Below, piece by piece: positions 38,756 through 52,850 of a DNA stretch of 64,000 nucleotides; the stretch's first letter is position 1; each line of letters starts with the position of its first letter. The notes under the pieces are model-generated. The model had not been told where the DNA came from and did not search any database. It saw only the letters and a program-made list of their open reading frames with translations. Origin of the DNA: Eledone cirrhosa (taxonomy: Eukaryota); assembly GCA_964016885.1 (NCBI GenBank), contig OZ024743.1:77128001-77192000 (forward strand). Reading direction: 5' to 3'. Both the position numbers and the translations under genes were made by a program.

Positions 38756-41700
38756 TTGAATTACAATATAAAGTTTTTATATGAATTTAATAGGTGTTGT
38801 AAGGTATTAAAGTAACTGTAAATAAGAGGGAAGCTGCTGGGTTAGGATGTTGTAAATCAATGGAGAAGGAGACTTAATGGTAGACAAGATATGACATAAG
38901 TCTGTATCATCATCATAATCATCACTGTTTAATGTTTATTTTCCATGTTTGCATTGGCTAGATGGGTTGTCATATACTGAGGCCAGACTAAGTCCTGTTC
39001 ATATGCTCTGTTTTAGGCTTGGTTTCTATGACTGGATACCCTTTTTAATGTCAACCACTTTACAACATATACTAGGAGCATTTTATTATGACTCCAGCAC
39101 TATCACTGTACAGGGTGGATTGGGTGTTTGGTGTGTCCTTGTTCAGGCTGGGGAAGCACTGATATGGTTAGAATTAAGGCCTGAATTAAGGAATTGTAGA
39201 TCATCCTACTCAAGGTGGCAGTGTTGGGGGTTACAGTGGTGGTGAGGTTCCATATAGAATACTTATATTGATGTTTTCTAAGAGAAAGTATTTTATCTAA
39301 ATATAAAATCTAATTCAACAGTGGCAGAGTTGTTAGGGCATTGGATTAAATGCCTCAGTAATTTGTTCTGGTTCACTGCATTCTGAACTGAAATACTGCA
39401 GAGTTCAACATTACCTTTCATCTTTTCGGGGTTGATAGAATGGGGGATTGGTAGAAATATTAAAGAGTTTGATGTAATGTTTTGTGATATCTAATCCAGC
39501 TTTGTGCATTCTGAGTTTAAACCTGCCCCCTTTTGCCTGGAGTTGTGACCAGCAGATAGTATCAGCAGTAGGAAGACTAATTCAAACCCTGTCCCCTTTT
39601 GCCAGGTGTTGTGACCAGCAGTAGGGAGACTAATTCAAACCCTGTCCCCTTTTGCCAGAGTGACCAGCAGATAGTATCAGTAGTAGGTAGAACAATGGAA
39701 ATATTGTTTCTTTGTTTCATTCAATCTGATGATCGATTCCTTTCCTTTTAACAATGGTAAAAGATGAGGGTATTAGCTATAAATGTAGGCCTTTAAAACC
39801 AGATGAACATTAATCTGACTTTAACTACTCTGACCCTTGCCATATTATATGTTCTCTTTGAATTTAAAATATTATTTTTGAGGTCAGTGTGGGATTAAGA
39901 CTGGATTGACTTGAGTATATTATTTTTGGTAGTTATCATGATTGATGTTAATCTTCTTTCAAGGTCTGTTGTTGTAAAACATCAATAGGGTTTCCTTAGA
40001 AGGTTAGTTTTAGGTAAGGATGTAACATGGCTAAATGGTTCACTTTGCAATCATTAAGTTTTGGGTTCAATCCCAATATGTGGCATCTCAGGTAAATGTT
40101 GCTCAGCCATGTGCATGTTAATTTCACTAGCAGACCATCCCTTTGATCAAACAACTGGAACACTCATCACCACAACTGACGGAGGACCATTCCAGTCCAG
40201 TTTTAGGTGTACAGATTTGTCCCTTTGGTGTATAATTTTATAATCACTATTAGAAGTGCCTAAAGTAGAAACAACTATTAGAATTGAACATTTATTTTTT
40301 AAATTCATCATCATCATCACTGTTTTTACGTCTGTTCTTCCACACTTGCATGGGTTTGACAGGTCCTTCTCAGAACAGTATCTCTCCACTTACTGTGTTT
40401 CTTTGTCATCCCCTCTGTGAGTCTCAGCTATTTGAGGTCAGCTCTCACCACTTCTGTCCAGGTCTTTCTCAGTATTAACAAAACCTTAATTTCTTCTTTT
40501 AGTTGTCCTTCAACCTCAAGCTAGCCCTGGTTGAGTTGACCTATTATAAAAGGCATTCCTACTGTGACCATTCCATCTGTTATGCTAGGTTTAGTGTACC
40601 CATAATATCATCCACGTATCTTTCCTTTTTTCAAGATAATAGGATATGATTCAAGGGAGTATTTGACTGGCTCTGTTGCTGGTCCACTTTTGAAAAGTAT
40701 TTTTAGAGGTTAAACACTTTTATTGTTCATACATTGCTAAATGTATTTAGAGATTATAACATGGGGCATTATTCAGCTTTAAAACTTCAAAGTATTGAAT
40801 AAAATTCTAGAAGTTTCTCTGTATTTAGTTATTGTTATTTTATGTGATATTATTTTCATTGTTGTGTATTTAAATAAAGCTGTCTGAACAATACACAAAA
40901 CAACATTAATCATTTGAAATTCTTAAGGAATGTATGTTTTAATTGAGTATTTCAAATGAGTAACAAAAGTTCTTTTTCCTATCATTAGAGAACTAAATGA
41001 TCAATTACAAAAATCAATATAATTATTGCTGGTCCTGACTATTTTCCTTTGTAAAAAATAAACAATACATTAAATAAAAGTGAACTATTATTTGCTTTTT
41101 GAACTGAAAATATATTCTAATTAGATATGTCTGCATTAGTGTTATGTGGCACCATGAATATTGGTGGTTTGATTGATGTAAAGCTTCAGCCTCAACAGAT
41201 ACAGAATATTCTTGGATAACTGCAAAATACTTAGGAATTTTGATGTTGAATATATCAAGTTTTATTCTATGTTTCTAATATAATTGGTCACGAAACATTA
41301 TCAGCAGTGAATGACAGAAATAATAGGGTACTGGTGAGACAGTCTTTAGACTTAACCTTTTGCATTCTAAGTTCAAATTCTGCCAGTATCAACTTTCAGC
41401 ATTTTAGAATCAATAAAACTGTATCAATTAGCTGAAACACTGCTCTGACTTAGGTGTAGAGTCTGTCACCCTCTCCTCTTCCCCCTTCTGTTGCCTAATA
41501 TCCCTTGCTCTTTCCCTCCTGTTCCTCTCATTTATGCCATTTATAGTCCTTTACTTTCCTATACAGTCAGATCTGCCCTTCTCTACTCCTTCTTTTACAA
41601 ATACCAAATGAGAAGGTTATTTTGTTAAATCCTTTCATATTCTTAATTATTTTCAAAATTAATGTAAATAATAGATTTCATTAGAAATATAGTCAGTGTT

Positions 41701-42457
41701 AATATATAAAACTATAAACACTACAAAATGTTTGTTATTAAAGGGTGTGGTAACTAGTACATAAAGAAAATGTGTTGTTTAAACATTACAATTTCTATTT
41801 CTGTTGGGAAATATATTACCTAAAAGTCAAACTGGTACATTTTTGCTAACAGAGCTGTTCAAACTGTATTTTGTTTTTCCCTTCAAATATTTGTCTTATT
41901 TATATTTATTATTTAAAATTACACCTCACTAAATATAATTTATTTTCTTATAATTTATTCCTTTCAATCAGCTCTCTGTGCTCTGAGTTCAAATGCCACA
42001 ATGGTCAACTTTGTCTTTCGTTTTTTTGGGGTCGATAACATAAAGTCATGGTCAGTAGATTGGTAGAATTGTTAGAACATTGGACAAAATGCCTTGTATT
42101 TTTTCCAGCACTTTGTATTCTGACTTCAAATTCCACAGTACCCTATCTGCCTGGTAGACATATTCTGTCACTTTGTTTAACACCCCCAGTACCACCACCA
42201 CCACATGATCCTTAGTTACCTTCAGTGGAGTTCTTTCTGTTGCAAGCATTTGGGTTAGGTTTCTAGTTTGAAGATGCCCCTTTCCTTCCCACCAGTTTTT
42301 GAGGCTTTGAAAAGTCATAGGCATTGCCTTTTCCATCTCTGGCTAAACTAATGAATTATTTTTAAAACTTTGCTTTACAAATGTTACTTCAAGTTTATAC
42401 TGAGAATATTGTCCCCAACATTGATACTAAATATCAGAAATCCTTTTCCTAACTAGT

Positions 42458-42820
42458 CAAAGAATTAGACCGTGACTTCTGGCGTCACGCAGTAATACAG
42501 AGTACCCGACCTCCCATGGGTACATGCTGAAGCATATAAACAATATGCCCCCCCCCACCGCAAGGTGGTCGTGGAGGTGCCACGGCAAAAAAGCACCCAG
42601 CCCACACTGTAAAGTGGACGTGTAGGCGCCACGAAAAAGCACCCAGCACTTACTGTAAATGAGGTTGGTGTTAGGAAGGGCATCCAGCTGTAGAAATCAA
42701 GCCAGATCAGTTCCTGTATGAGCAAGGCATGGTCAGCCGACCAGACACTGTACACAACAGGACAACCCGTCTAACCCATGCTAGCGTGGAAGAACGGACG
42801 TAAAACGATGATGATGATGA
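42458..42820 (+). mobile_element. 3' end of a sister RTE subfamily
   Basis: KELDRDFWRHAVIQSTRPP parallels [17 protein letters not shown] of the intact copy; 3'UTR with 48-bp modules; (GAT)n tail. Confidence 0.8.
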
Positions 42821-43992
42821 TAAGAAGTATACTTAATCATTAGAACATTACACAGATAAAGTATATTTACTCTCATCTTTTAGCAGCCAGTTTCCCTGCT
42901 AGCAAGGGTTGGACGTGTGTCATCACCAGAGTAGTCAATACTTGAGTGGAGCAGCTGACTTTCAGGTTGACCAGGGGCCTGATATACAATCCCGCACAAG
43001 TGCATTTTATCATTGCCCCAAGACTAAGGTAGTTGTCATGTGATTGACATAGTTGACGAGTCATCTCAACCCTTAGCTCTGCATGTTTACTATGGTTATA
43101 TGTCCTTCCTATCACCAACAATTTTACAGTGTTGTGATAAAAGATATGCAGTAATTAAGTTTCACCTTCTTTGAAGTCTCCTCAGTAAAGCAAGCAAATA
43201 TGTGATTTAGTATTTATAGTTAACGCATGCTAGTGTGGAAATAATGGACGTTAAACTATGATGATGATGAGTTATACTTTAAGTTTGAAAAGCTTTTAAA
43301 AAATACCCAACATTTCTGGGGTTGTCTCTAAAACTTACCAAAGAAAAGAAAAAAATATCCTTATCTGGTATTGATTTATTTTGTCATATGTGTAAATATA
43401 TTTATGTTGTTTGATGTTATAATAATTAGATTTAGTATCATCTACATAATTATCATAGAGATGGTGTTGAAGACAAATCTAATCAGCATTTCTCTAGCTT
43501 CCCAACAACTGTATCATATACAATGTTTGCTAATGTTTCCTAGCTATCACACCAAATGTATCATTTAGTATACTACAACACCAACAACTGTATACTTAGT
43601 TTAGTATACTTACAAAACAATTTGTTTACTAATACTTTCCTAGTTACCACACCAACTGTATAGTTTAGTATACTTACAAAACGGTTTGCTTTTCTGATTT
43701 GCTACATTTTACCAAGAATTGTTTTTAAAATACCCCAGTATTGTCATGGGTTTGCAGTTGAAAAAAAAAAAAAAATTTTATTTTTTTTTTACTTATATTG
43801 TTTTTCTCTAAGAAAAACTGTCTAATTATATGGATGGTATCCAAGATAAATTTGATAGAAGAATTAGATTTCTGTCACAATCTGTTTTACAATAACTCTT
43901 TGATCAGTTCTGGTATTCACTAACCATAATTGTAACATTAAATATTTCAGTTGAAAGTAGTTCCTTAGTTATTGAATGGTGTCACGTTAGAA

Positions 43993-44320
43993 TATTCTAG
44001 GATCTTGAAACTCACCCCCCTAACTTTTCCCAATCTATCTCTGGCAAAATTTTATTTTAAGTCGTAACATTCCTGTGACAATTAATTTTCTTTATACATT
44101 AAAAAATACATGACAAAAAAGTACTTTACTAGAAATCCACCCAATATGTTATAAAATATATAGGATGGGTTGGGGTCTCAATATGTAAACTAAACGACTA
44201 ATTCTGGTTTTTAAAAAATCAATGGCGACAACCTAAAAAAATTACCAATTTTCTGCTCATCCACCCCAATTACTCCCCTCCCCCAATTACTCCCCTCCCA
44301 TTATTTGAGACCCAAGAGTA
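43993..44320. mobile_element. MITE family M
   Basis: Ends ttatttgagacccaagag-TA; body matches 35697-36047. Confidence 0.65.
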
Positions 44321-44489
44321 AGTACACTGAATCTCTACCACTCCACCTAATAATAAAGCTGTAAACATCAAATGGTGCATGTGTTTTATATTGAACAACA
44401 TAACCCTACCAAAGTACAGCACTATTTATCTAAGGTTAATATATCATTTTATATTTGTATTTGACTGATATTTAATATTATATCTTGGT

Positions 44490-45192
44490 ACCTTACTGCT
44501 ACTACCACCACCACCACCACCACTACTACTACTGCAGCTACTACTACTACCACTACTACTACCACCACTACTACCACCACTGCTACTACCACCACTACTG
44601 CTACTACCATCACCACTATCACTGCTACTACCACCACCAGGATCACTACTGCCACCACTACTACCACCACTACTACCACCACTGCTACTACTACTGCTGC
44701 TGCCACCACCATCACTACTACTGCTGCTGCTACTACTACCACCATCACCAGTTCTAACACCACCACCACCACTACCACCACCATTGCTACCACCACCATC
44801 GCTGCTGCTGCTACTACAATTACTACTAATACTAATACTACTGCTGCTGCCACCACCATCACTACTGCTGCTGCTGTTACTACTATTACTGCTGCTACTA
44901 CTACTACCACCACCACTACTACCACCACCACTACTACCACCACCACTACTACCACCACCACCACCACTACTACCACCACCACCACCACTACCACCACCAC
45001 CACCACTACTACCACAACCACCACAACTATCACCACTACTACCACCACTACCACCACCACTACTACTACCACCACAACCACTACTACTACCACCACAACC
45101 ACTACTACTACCACCACAACCACCACCACCACCACCACTACTACTACTACCACCACCACCACCACCACCACTACTACTACCACCACCACCAT
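44490..45192. repeat. Compound (ACC/ACT/GCT)n trinucleotide array
   Basis: Direct reading. Confidence 0.96.
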
Positions 45193-45599
45193 ATTAACAT
45201 TGTTTGATATATGTAATGTTTACCTCAGTAGCTAGATATAGCTGCTAACAATGTTTAGATTCATTTCAATTGACTCAGACAAATAGAATAAACTTGGACA
45301 TTTTCTTAAGTATTCCAAAAGATTAACTTTATGTAGAAATCACTTTTATAAAAAAATAAATAAAATAAGAGGCATTTAAAAGTTTTTAATGTAAACATCA
45401 AGTTCGATTAATTTTCAGTATTAAAGTGAAATTGTAGACGAAATACAATGAAAACTGTTTTAGATTTATAAATACAAATAAGAATTTCATTATTTACATG
45501 GCTTTTATAAAGTAGCTGCCTCTTTCTTCAAAGTAAAAAGCTACTAAAGTAGATTAAAAAACTCAGCTATTTGATTCTTGCAGCTTGTTCTTTAGAACA

Positions 45600-45768
45600 C
45601 CTCTCATTCAATACACATACAGACAGGCACATATACACATGCATTTGTTAGCACATGTCTCATTCAATATGGCTGCGTGTACAGATGTACACACAGCCAC
45701 ACACACACACATGCTAGTACATCTCTCATTCAATATGGCTGTCTGTGTACAGATGTATATATATATAT

Positions 45769-45800
<32 letters not shown>

Positions 45801-45965
45801 TGAATGTGTATACACACATACACATTCATACACACATCTCTTATTCAATATGGCTGTGTGTGTACAGATGTACACATATATATATATACACACACACATG
45901 CATACATATATTAGCACATCTCTCATTCAATATGGCTGTGTAGATGTGTACACAGACATACACAC
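45600..45965. repeat. Degenerate tandem repeat with CA/TA-rich linkers
   Basis: catctctcattcaatatggctgtgtg...tacagatgta recurs 4-5 times. Confidence 0.85.
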
Positions 45966-46163
45966 ACACATATGTGTCTAGTTGTGAATACAGTGGCTGT
46001 GTAGCATAATATAAATATGAAAACAATTGTGTCATGAGATGACAGATTAATAAAGATGGAAGCTGACATAAAGTTAAACAACATAAATATATGGCAGCTG
46101 TTGATTAACATAGTTTTAGCATGTAAATAGTAGTCTTATTGGTTCCATTATCACATACATAGT

Positions 46164-46986
46164 TAGGGCCAGATATAACAGGGGGTCCCCCAGTGACGGC
46201 TGTACTGTTTTATTTTTACCCTCTGCTGGGCTCTTTAGTTTAACCCTTTAGCATTTACATTACTCTAGATTTACTATTATATTTTTATGGTAAAATCTTT
46301 ATCTCACCTAATTATCTCACATAATATCAAATCTATGAGATTTTGATATTATTTATTTTGAGAACAATACCTTAACAGAATATGGGTGGCTAGTTATAGC
46401 CAGTTTGAACAGAAAGAGGAGAGAGAATTCTGGCCGGATATGGCCGGTTTAAATGCTAAAGGGTTAGGATGGTTAGAATTTTTGAATTTACCTGTATTAA
46501 TTTTCAATTGCAATTACTTGTGCCAAGCTGACTTTGATATGTAAAATTGGGGTTTTGATGTAATCTATTTTTTTAAAAAAATTTTTTATTTTTTATTTAT
46601 TTATTTTTTGTTTGAGCCCCCTCCCCTCCCCCATGAAGTGCCATGTACTGGTTTATTTGTGCCCTCCTGTACTGGTTTATTTGTGCCCTCTGCTGCTGGT
46701 GGGCTTTTTAGTTTTAGGATGGTTACATTTTAAAAATTTAATACCTATATGTATAACTTTTCAATTCCAATTATTTGCACCAAGCTGACTTGTAAAATTG
46801 GGCATTTGCTGTGTATTCTAATTTGTTGTGTATGAGGGGGCCTTCCAAACCTGAAGTGACCCCCCCTAACCTGACCCCCCCCCCCCAAAAAAAAAACCTG
46901 AATTGACCCAGACCCTCCAAACCTGGAGTGACCCCCCCCCCCCCACTGAAGTGACCCAGAACCCCCAAGGTTTAAATCCAGCCCTG
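46164..46986. mobile_element. hAT-like MITE hosting a piggyBac-like MITE
   Basis: Ends TAGGGCCAGATATAA / TTAAATCCAGCCCTG; flanking 8-mers tacatagt and cacaaact match 5 of 8; same right end at 27085-27186. Confidence 0.55.
46244..46463 (+). mobile_element. piggyBac-like MITE (family P1)
   Basis: Perfect 14-bp TIRs; TTAA on the left, TTAG on the right. Confidence 0.9.
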
Positions 46987-47184
46987 CACAAACTATGTAT
47001 ACAAAGTCCACTCACACGTGTTACCATACACATACAGTTGTACTCTGTCACACACACATGTGGCCACTGCCACATCAACTATACACACATTCCCTCAGCA
47101 CCTTCACCACATACGGTTAATGCACCTCAACCAAACACACACACAACCACACATACCTACACACACACACACACACCCACACAT

Positions 47185-47340
47185 ACTGACACCCACCCAC
47201 ACACATACTGACACCCACCCACACACATACTGACACCCACCCACACACATACTGACACCCACCCACCCCCACATACTGACACCCCCCACATACTGACACC
47301 CACCAACCCACCCCTACATACTGACACCCACCCACATATG
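47185..47340. repeat. 22-bp CA-rich minisatellite
   Basis: acccacccacacacatactgac. Confidence 0.88.
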
Positions 47341-47476
47341 CCCCCCCCCCCAGCAATATTGACTGATCTGCACACAGCCACCACTACTTCATACACATAA
47401 GCATGGAAACACATACCCACCCACCCCTCCCCCTGAAGCCCCTTTAGAGGAGGTCAGATCACTCATTATTTCTATA

Positions 47477-47860
47477 TAATTGTTTCTACTTTTGGCACAA
47501 GGCCACCAATTAACCAGTGCATTACTGGTACTTTATTTTATCGACCCTGTAAGGATGAAAGGTAAAGTTAACCTCAGCGGGATTTGAACTCGGAATGGCA
47601 AGGGCCGTAACTCTATGCATCAAAGCATGGCGTCCAACCCTCTACCGATACTGCCAATCCACCACCTTAATAATTGTTTCTACTTTTGGCACAAGGCCAG
47701 CAATTACCCAGTACATTACTGGTACTTTATTTTATCGACCCCGTAAGGATGAAAGGCAAAGTTAACCTCGGCAGGATTTGAACTCAGATCGTAAAGGGAT
47801 GTAACTCTTTGCGTCAAAGCATGGCATCCGACCCTCTACTGATACTGCCAATCCACCGCC
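47477..47860 (-). mobile_element. Tandem dimer of full-length SINE family A (47477-47666 and 47671-47860)
   Basis: Minus strand GGYGGTGGATTGGCAGTATCRGTAGA (box A) and GAGTTCAAATCC (box B), then body ending AGTAGAAACAATTA. Confidence 0.88.
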
Positions 47861-47880
47861 TTAATAATGATATATATATA

Positions 47881-50655
47881 TCATCATCATCATCATCGTT
47901 TAACGTCCGTATTCCACGCTTGCATGGGTTTGGACGGAGGGTTTTCCCACTTGAGACAAGAGTGGTTATCTTGCTCGCATAGGACTATCTGGCGGGTTTT
48001 CTACAGCTGGATGCCCTTCCTAACACCAACCACATTTACAGTGTGGGGCTGGGAGGTTTTTACCGTGTTGCCTACACGGCCACATTACAGCGTGAACTGT
48101 GTGTTTTTTTGACGTGACACCTACACGATCTCATTAGTTTCGGCCTGGATGTTGTGGCACCAACATAACTTTACATTGAAAGGGGCGGTGTGGATGGGGT
48201 GGGGGTGGTGGGGCGGGGGTGTATTTTGTTTTGTTAGAGATGCCTACTGACTGTAGTAGGTTTTACTATGTATTTAGGTAAGGCGGGTCTTCTCTATTAC
48301 TGAGTACCGCCAAAAGTCTCGGTCCAGTGACATTGTCTTGGTGAGGTGTAAGTGTGTGAGGTCGGAATTTATCAGCTCGTCCCAGGTTTTTCTGGGTCTG
48401 TCTATTCCGTGGCTACCGTCTATCTTTATTGCCCTGCACTTTGTTATACAGCTATCGTCCTTCATGCGCATCACGTGACCATACCAACGTAGCCTTCTCT
48501 CGAGTAAACAACATCTGATCCCTCTTATTTCTAATTTTTTCCTTAGTTCGTTTATGCTTTGCCGTTCACGTATATTACTATTACACATCCAGCGGAGCAT
48601 GCAAGCTTCGTTTCTCTCTAGTCTGTGTATATCCTCTGCACACAATGCCCAGGTCTCACTGCCATGCAACATTGCTGTTCGTATGCAGGCATCGTACGAC
48701 CTGCCTTTCATTTTTAGGGAGAACCCTTTAGCGGCTAATAGTGGTATGAGCTCTCTGAACTTTTTCCACCCAGTTCTGACTCTAGCTACTGTACTTTCAG
48801 AGCACCCTCCCCACTGCTGATTTTGTCACCCAGGTAACGGAAGCTGTCCACTATTTCTATAGAACCCTCTGCGCAGTTGAAAGAGCTAGTATTTTGTGGG
48901 CACTTGCTGCTACTTATTGCCCCAGAACACCGGCCACATGTAAAATCTATGTTCTTAGTTAGCTTACCTGTGATCCCACTACATCTTTTATGCACCCAAA
49001 CTTTGCATTTGGGACACAAAATGGAGTTTCTACCTACACCTTTCCTACACTCTGAGCATGGTCACTTCCCGGAGGGGACCGCCGCCTTATTTTCTTTCTT
49101 ACAAACTAGAACTTTAGTCTTAGCCAGGTTAATTTTAAGGCCTTTTGATTCTAGGCCGTGCTTCCATGTTTGGAATTTCTTCTCTAGCTCGGCCATTGAT
49201 TCAGCTATGAGCGTTAGATCATCTGCGTATAGGAGTTCCCATGGGCAGCCGGTCTTGAACTCCACTGTTATAGCCTGGAGGGCAATAATAAATAGTAGGG
49301 GGCTAAGAACAGAGCCCTGATGAACACCAACTTTTACACTAAACTCTTCACTATATTCGTTGTTAATTCTAACCTTGCTGACTGTTTCTTTATACATGGC
49401 TTGTATAGCTCTCACAAGCCATTCATCAACACCTAGTTTTCTAAGAGCCCACCAGATAATGGAACGGGGGACTCTGTCGAAGGCTTTCTCCAAGTCGACG
49501 AAAGCTAAGTATAGGGGTTTACTTTTAGCTAGGTACTTCTCCTGTAGTTGTCGTACAATGAAAAGAGCGTCTGTGGTACTTTTTCCTGACACAAACCCGA
49601 ACTGCATTTCATCTAGATCAATTCGCTCTCTGATTAGTTGCGCTATTACTTTTTCTGTGACCTTCATGACCTGGTCGATTAATTTAATGCCTCTATAGTT
49701 ACTCCTATCTTGTAGCAGTTAATGATGATGTTGCTACGCCAGTCCTTCGGAACAACCCCATTCTGTATGACTTGGTTTACTATCCGGGTGACCATGGTGT
49801 GTCCCACCGTACCAGATGCTTTCAGCATCTCGGCAACTATTTCCGAAGACCCAGCCGCCTTACCCGTCTTCATATCTTTGATTGCCTTACTTATTATACT
49901 ACCCTCGACTAACACTGCTGGTCCCTCTATTGGGTCGATGTGGGGGAGACTGTCTTTCTCCCATTTATTCTCCTCATTTAGTAGCCTTTCATAGTGACAC
50001 TTCCAAGCTACCTTCTTATCAGCGTCGGTGATGGCAAGTACGCCGTCATCATTAAGTACACACTTCTCCCCGACAATATCACTGTTTTCCTTGACACATT
50101 GCCTAGCAATCCTGAACACCTCACGTATTTGGTCCTCGCGTTGTAGAACATGCTTGAACTTTCTTTCCTCTGCTTCCCTTCTTGCGAAGTACACTTGTCT
50201 CCTCGCTTCCCTCCTGGCCACTTGATAGTCTTCTCTACTTCCCCCATCCCGCCATACTTTCCAAGCCTGCTTTTTGGCCTTAATTGACTCCTCCACCTTA
50301 CTGTTCCACCACCATGTTACTCTCCTCCTGCCAACAGGTCTGCTCCAGCCACAGACTTCGTCTGTCGCCATCAGCAGGTTTGCTTTCAGAAATTCCCACT
50401 GTCCCTCTATATTGTCCGACTCTAAATGCTCTTCCTTACTGTCGAAAGCATCAAGTAATATGCTTTGAAATTTATTTTTGGCTGTGGGGTCCTTTAGCTT
50501 CCATATTTTTCTCCTGAGGATAGTCCTCTTCTGTTGTCTAGTACGTCTCGCCCTGACTATTAGGTCGCTAATTATCAGTCTATGTTGGGAGGTGCATTCT
50601 TCATGGGGGAGGGATTTAGTGTTTACAACAGTCACTCTGTCACATCTTCTGGTAA
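47881..50655 (-). mobile_element. 5'-truncated, frameshifted RTE LINE copy
   Basis: ORF pieces 49679-50655, 49062-49667, 48786-49019 and 48274-48711 are collinear with the intact ORF; (GAT)n tail runs into (TA)n. Confidence 0.95.
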
Positions 50656-50664
50656 TATATATAT

Positions 50665-51125
50665 TAATGTGGTTGTGTAAGTAGCATGGTAAAAAGCTCC
50701 CAGTCCACACTGTAAATGTGGTTGGATTTAGAAGGGCATCCATCCATAGAAAACCTGCCAGATATAGTCCTATACGAGTGAGACACGGTCACCCGATCAT
50801 TCTTGCCCCAAGTGGGACAATTCCCGTCTAACTCTTGTTAGCGTGGAAGATAGACGTTTTTTTTTTTTTTGCTGTGGTTGTGGAGGTGCCACGGCAAAAA
50901 AGCACCCAGCCCACACTGTAAAGTGGACATGTAGACGCCATGGAAAAAAAGCACTCAGCACTCACTGTAAATGAGGTTGGTGTTAGGAAGGGCATCCAGC
51001 TGTAGAAATCAAGCCAGAATCAGTTCCCGTCACACACTTGCAAGCAGGGAAAAGCGGACGTAAAATGATGATGATGTCCCACCCTTGCAAGCAGGGAAAA
51101 AGCGGACGTAAAATGAAATGATGAA
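50665..51125 (+). mobile_element. Stacked RTE and SINE-B 3' tails with a duplicated terminal segment
   Basis: Two tail motifs; cttgcaagcagggaaaagcggacgtaaaatga occurs twice. Confidence 0.8.
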
Positions 51126-51511
51126 ATGAAATATATATACCCAAAATGGCTGACTGAATATGCACGTGGTTTTTCCTGTTTATTTTCTCATTTTTTCCCA
51201 ATTCCTCTCATCACTCTTTATCTTTTTATTTATCTTCTATTTCTAACTCTATCTTCTGATGGACTAGTGTCCAAAACGTTAACTCTTCCTGCTATTTTAA
51301 GCGTTAAACTAATATATTTCTTCAATGTACTGTGTTGTTTGCTTTGTTATTTGTGTTTACGGTTTACACACACACACATATAAACAATGATTGTGTGTTT
51401 GTCTTGTAGAGGATAAATATGAATATTTTTGAATTAAATGAAGTAAACTGCAAAATCAAATGTCTCTCTGAGTTTGTATCATATTTATGTATATATTTAT
51501 AGATATTGATA

Positions 51512-51630
51512 TAATTGTTTCTACTTTTGGCACAAGGCCAGCAATTATCCCAGTGTATTACTAGTACTTTATTTTATCGACCCCGTAAGGATGAAAGGCA
51601 AAGTTAACCTCGGCAGGAAGGTTAACTTCG
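51512..51630 (-). mobile_element. Truncated SINE family A
   Basis: Matches 47671-47775. Confidence 0.85.
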
Positions 51631-52277
51631 GTATGAAATACATACACATTCACACATATATTATGAGTATTGTGCAAAACTCAGATATTGTACAGAATAC
51701 CGACTCTTGGGTCCCAAATAAGTGAAGGGGTTGGAATAAGTTGGAGGGAGGGGGTTGGAAAATTGGTAATTTTTCTAGGTTGTCTCCATTGATTTTTATT
51801 TTGTTTTTTAAACCAGAATTAGTTGTTTAGTTTACATATTGAGACCCAAACCCATCCGTTTTGACAGCTAGTTCCATGACTAGCTGTCAAAATGGCAGAA
51901 GCTCAGCTGTCGAGCTTTGACTCTTTCTAATATGTATATAATAGGCACCCAAACAAATACTTGTAATTACTGTTTCAATTATTGTAGAACACAGTTCAGT
52001 ACTTAATGGTGACATTTTTAGATCTTTAATCTTTGGAAACGGTTTTTGTTTTATCTTCAAGTAATAGAATTTCAAATGAAAAGGAATATTTAAAAATTCT
52101 TTGTCTTTATTTTTGTTGTTTTAGCTATAAAAACATTATTTACCATGGCTTCTTTACCATTTTTATATAAATTGAGGAATATTTGAATGTTTTCATTCCA
52201 TCTATAACCTTTATTGTAATATTATTGGTTACTGTTATGCATTCTGCTGGTAATTATTCCATTAGCTATGAATATAA

Positions 52278-52850
52278 CATGGCTGAATGGTTAAGAAGTT
52301 CACTTTACAATCATTAGGATCAATTTTGATTCCACCACATTTGGAAGCCAGTTGTATTGAATGTACCTGGAATTAAAGGACTGAATCTCCTTGAGAACTA
52401 GACTGTGCTTGGAATTAAAGTGCCAGCCTTGTCAGATACTGTGTCGGACTGAATCTCCCTGAGAACTAGATTGTGCTTGGAATTAAAGTGCCAGCCTTGT
52501 CAGATACTGTGTCGGACTGAATCTCCCTGAGAACTAGACTGTGCTTGGAATTAAAGTGCCAGCCTTGTCAGATACTGTGTCGGACTGAATCTCCCTGAGA
52601 ACTAGACTGTACCTGGAATTAAAGGACCAGCCTTGTTACACACTGTCAGGCTGAATTTCCCTAAGAACTAGACTGTACCTAGAATTAAAGGACCGGCCTT
52701 GTCACACACTGTCAGGCTGAATCTCCCTGAGAATTACATGAAGGGTACTACATGTGTCTGAAGAATGCTCAGCCACTAGTTTGTTAATTTCACAAACAGG
52801 CTGTTCTGTAGAATGGACAACTGGAATACTTATCATTGAAACCAACAGTA
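52278..52850 (+). mobile_element. SINE family C with an internal 66-68-bp segment amplified about 5-6 times
   Basis: Head tggctgaatggttaag; ctgaatctcc-type starts at 52381, 52449, 52517, 52585 and about 52652; tail matches 21540-21650. Confidence 0.8.

Noticed and set aside
44449-45197. Poly-Val, poly-Pro and His/Tyr-rich ORFs
   Set aside because: They are translations of a trinucleotide microsatellite.
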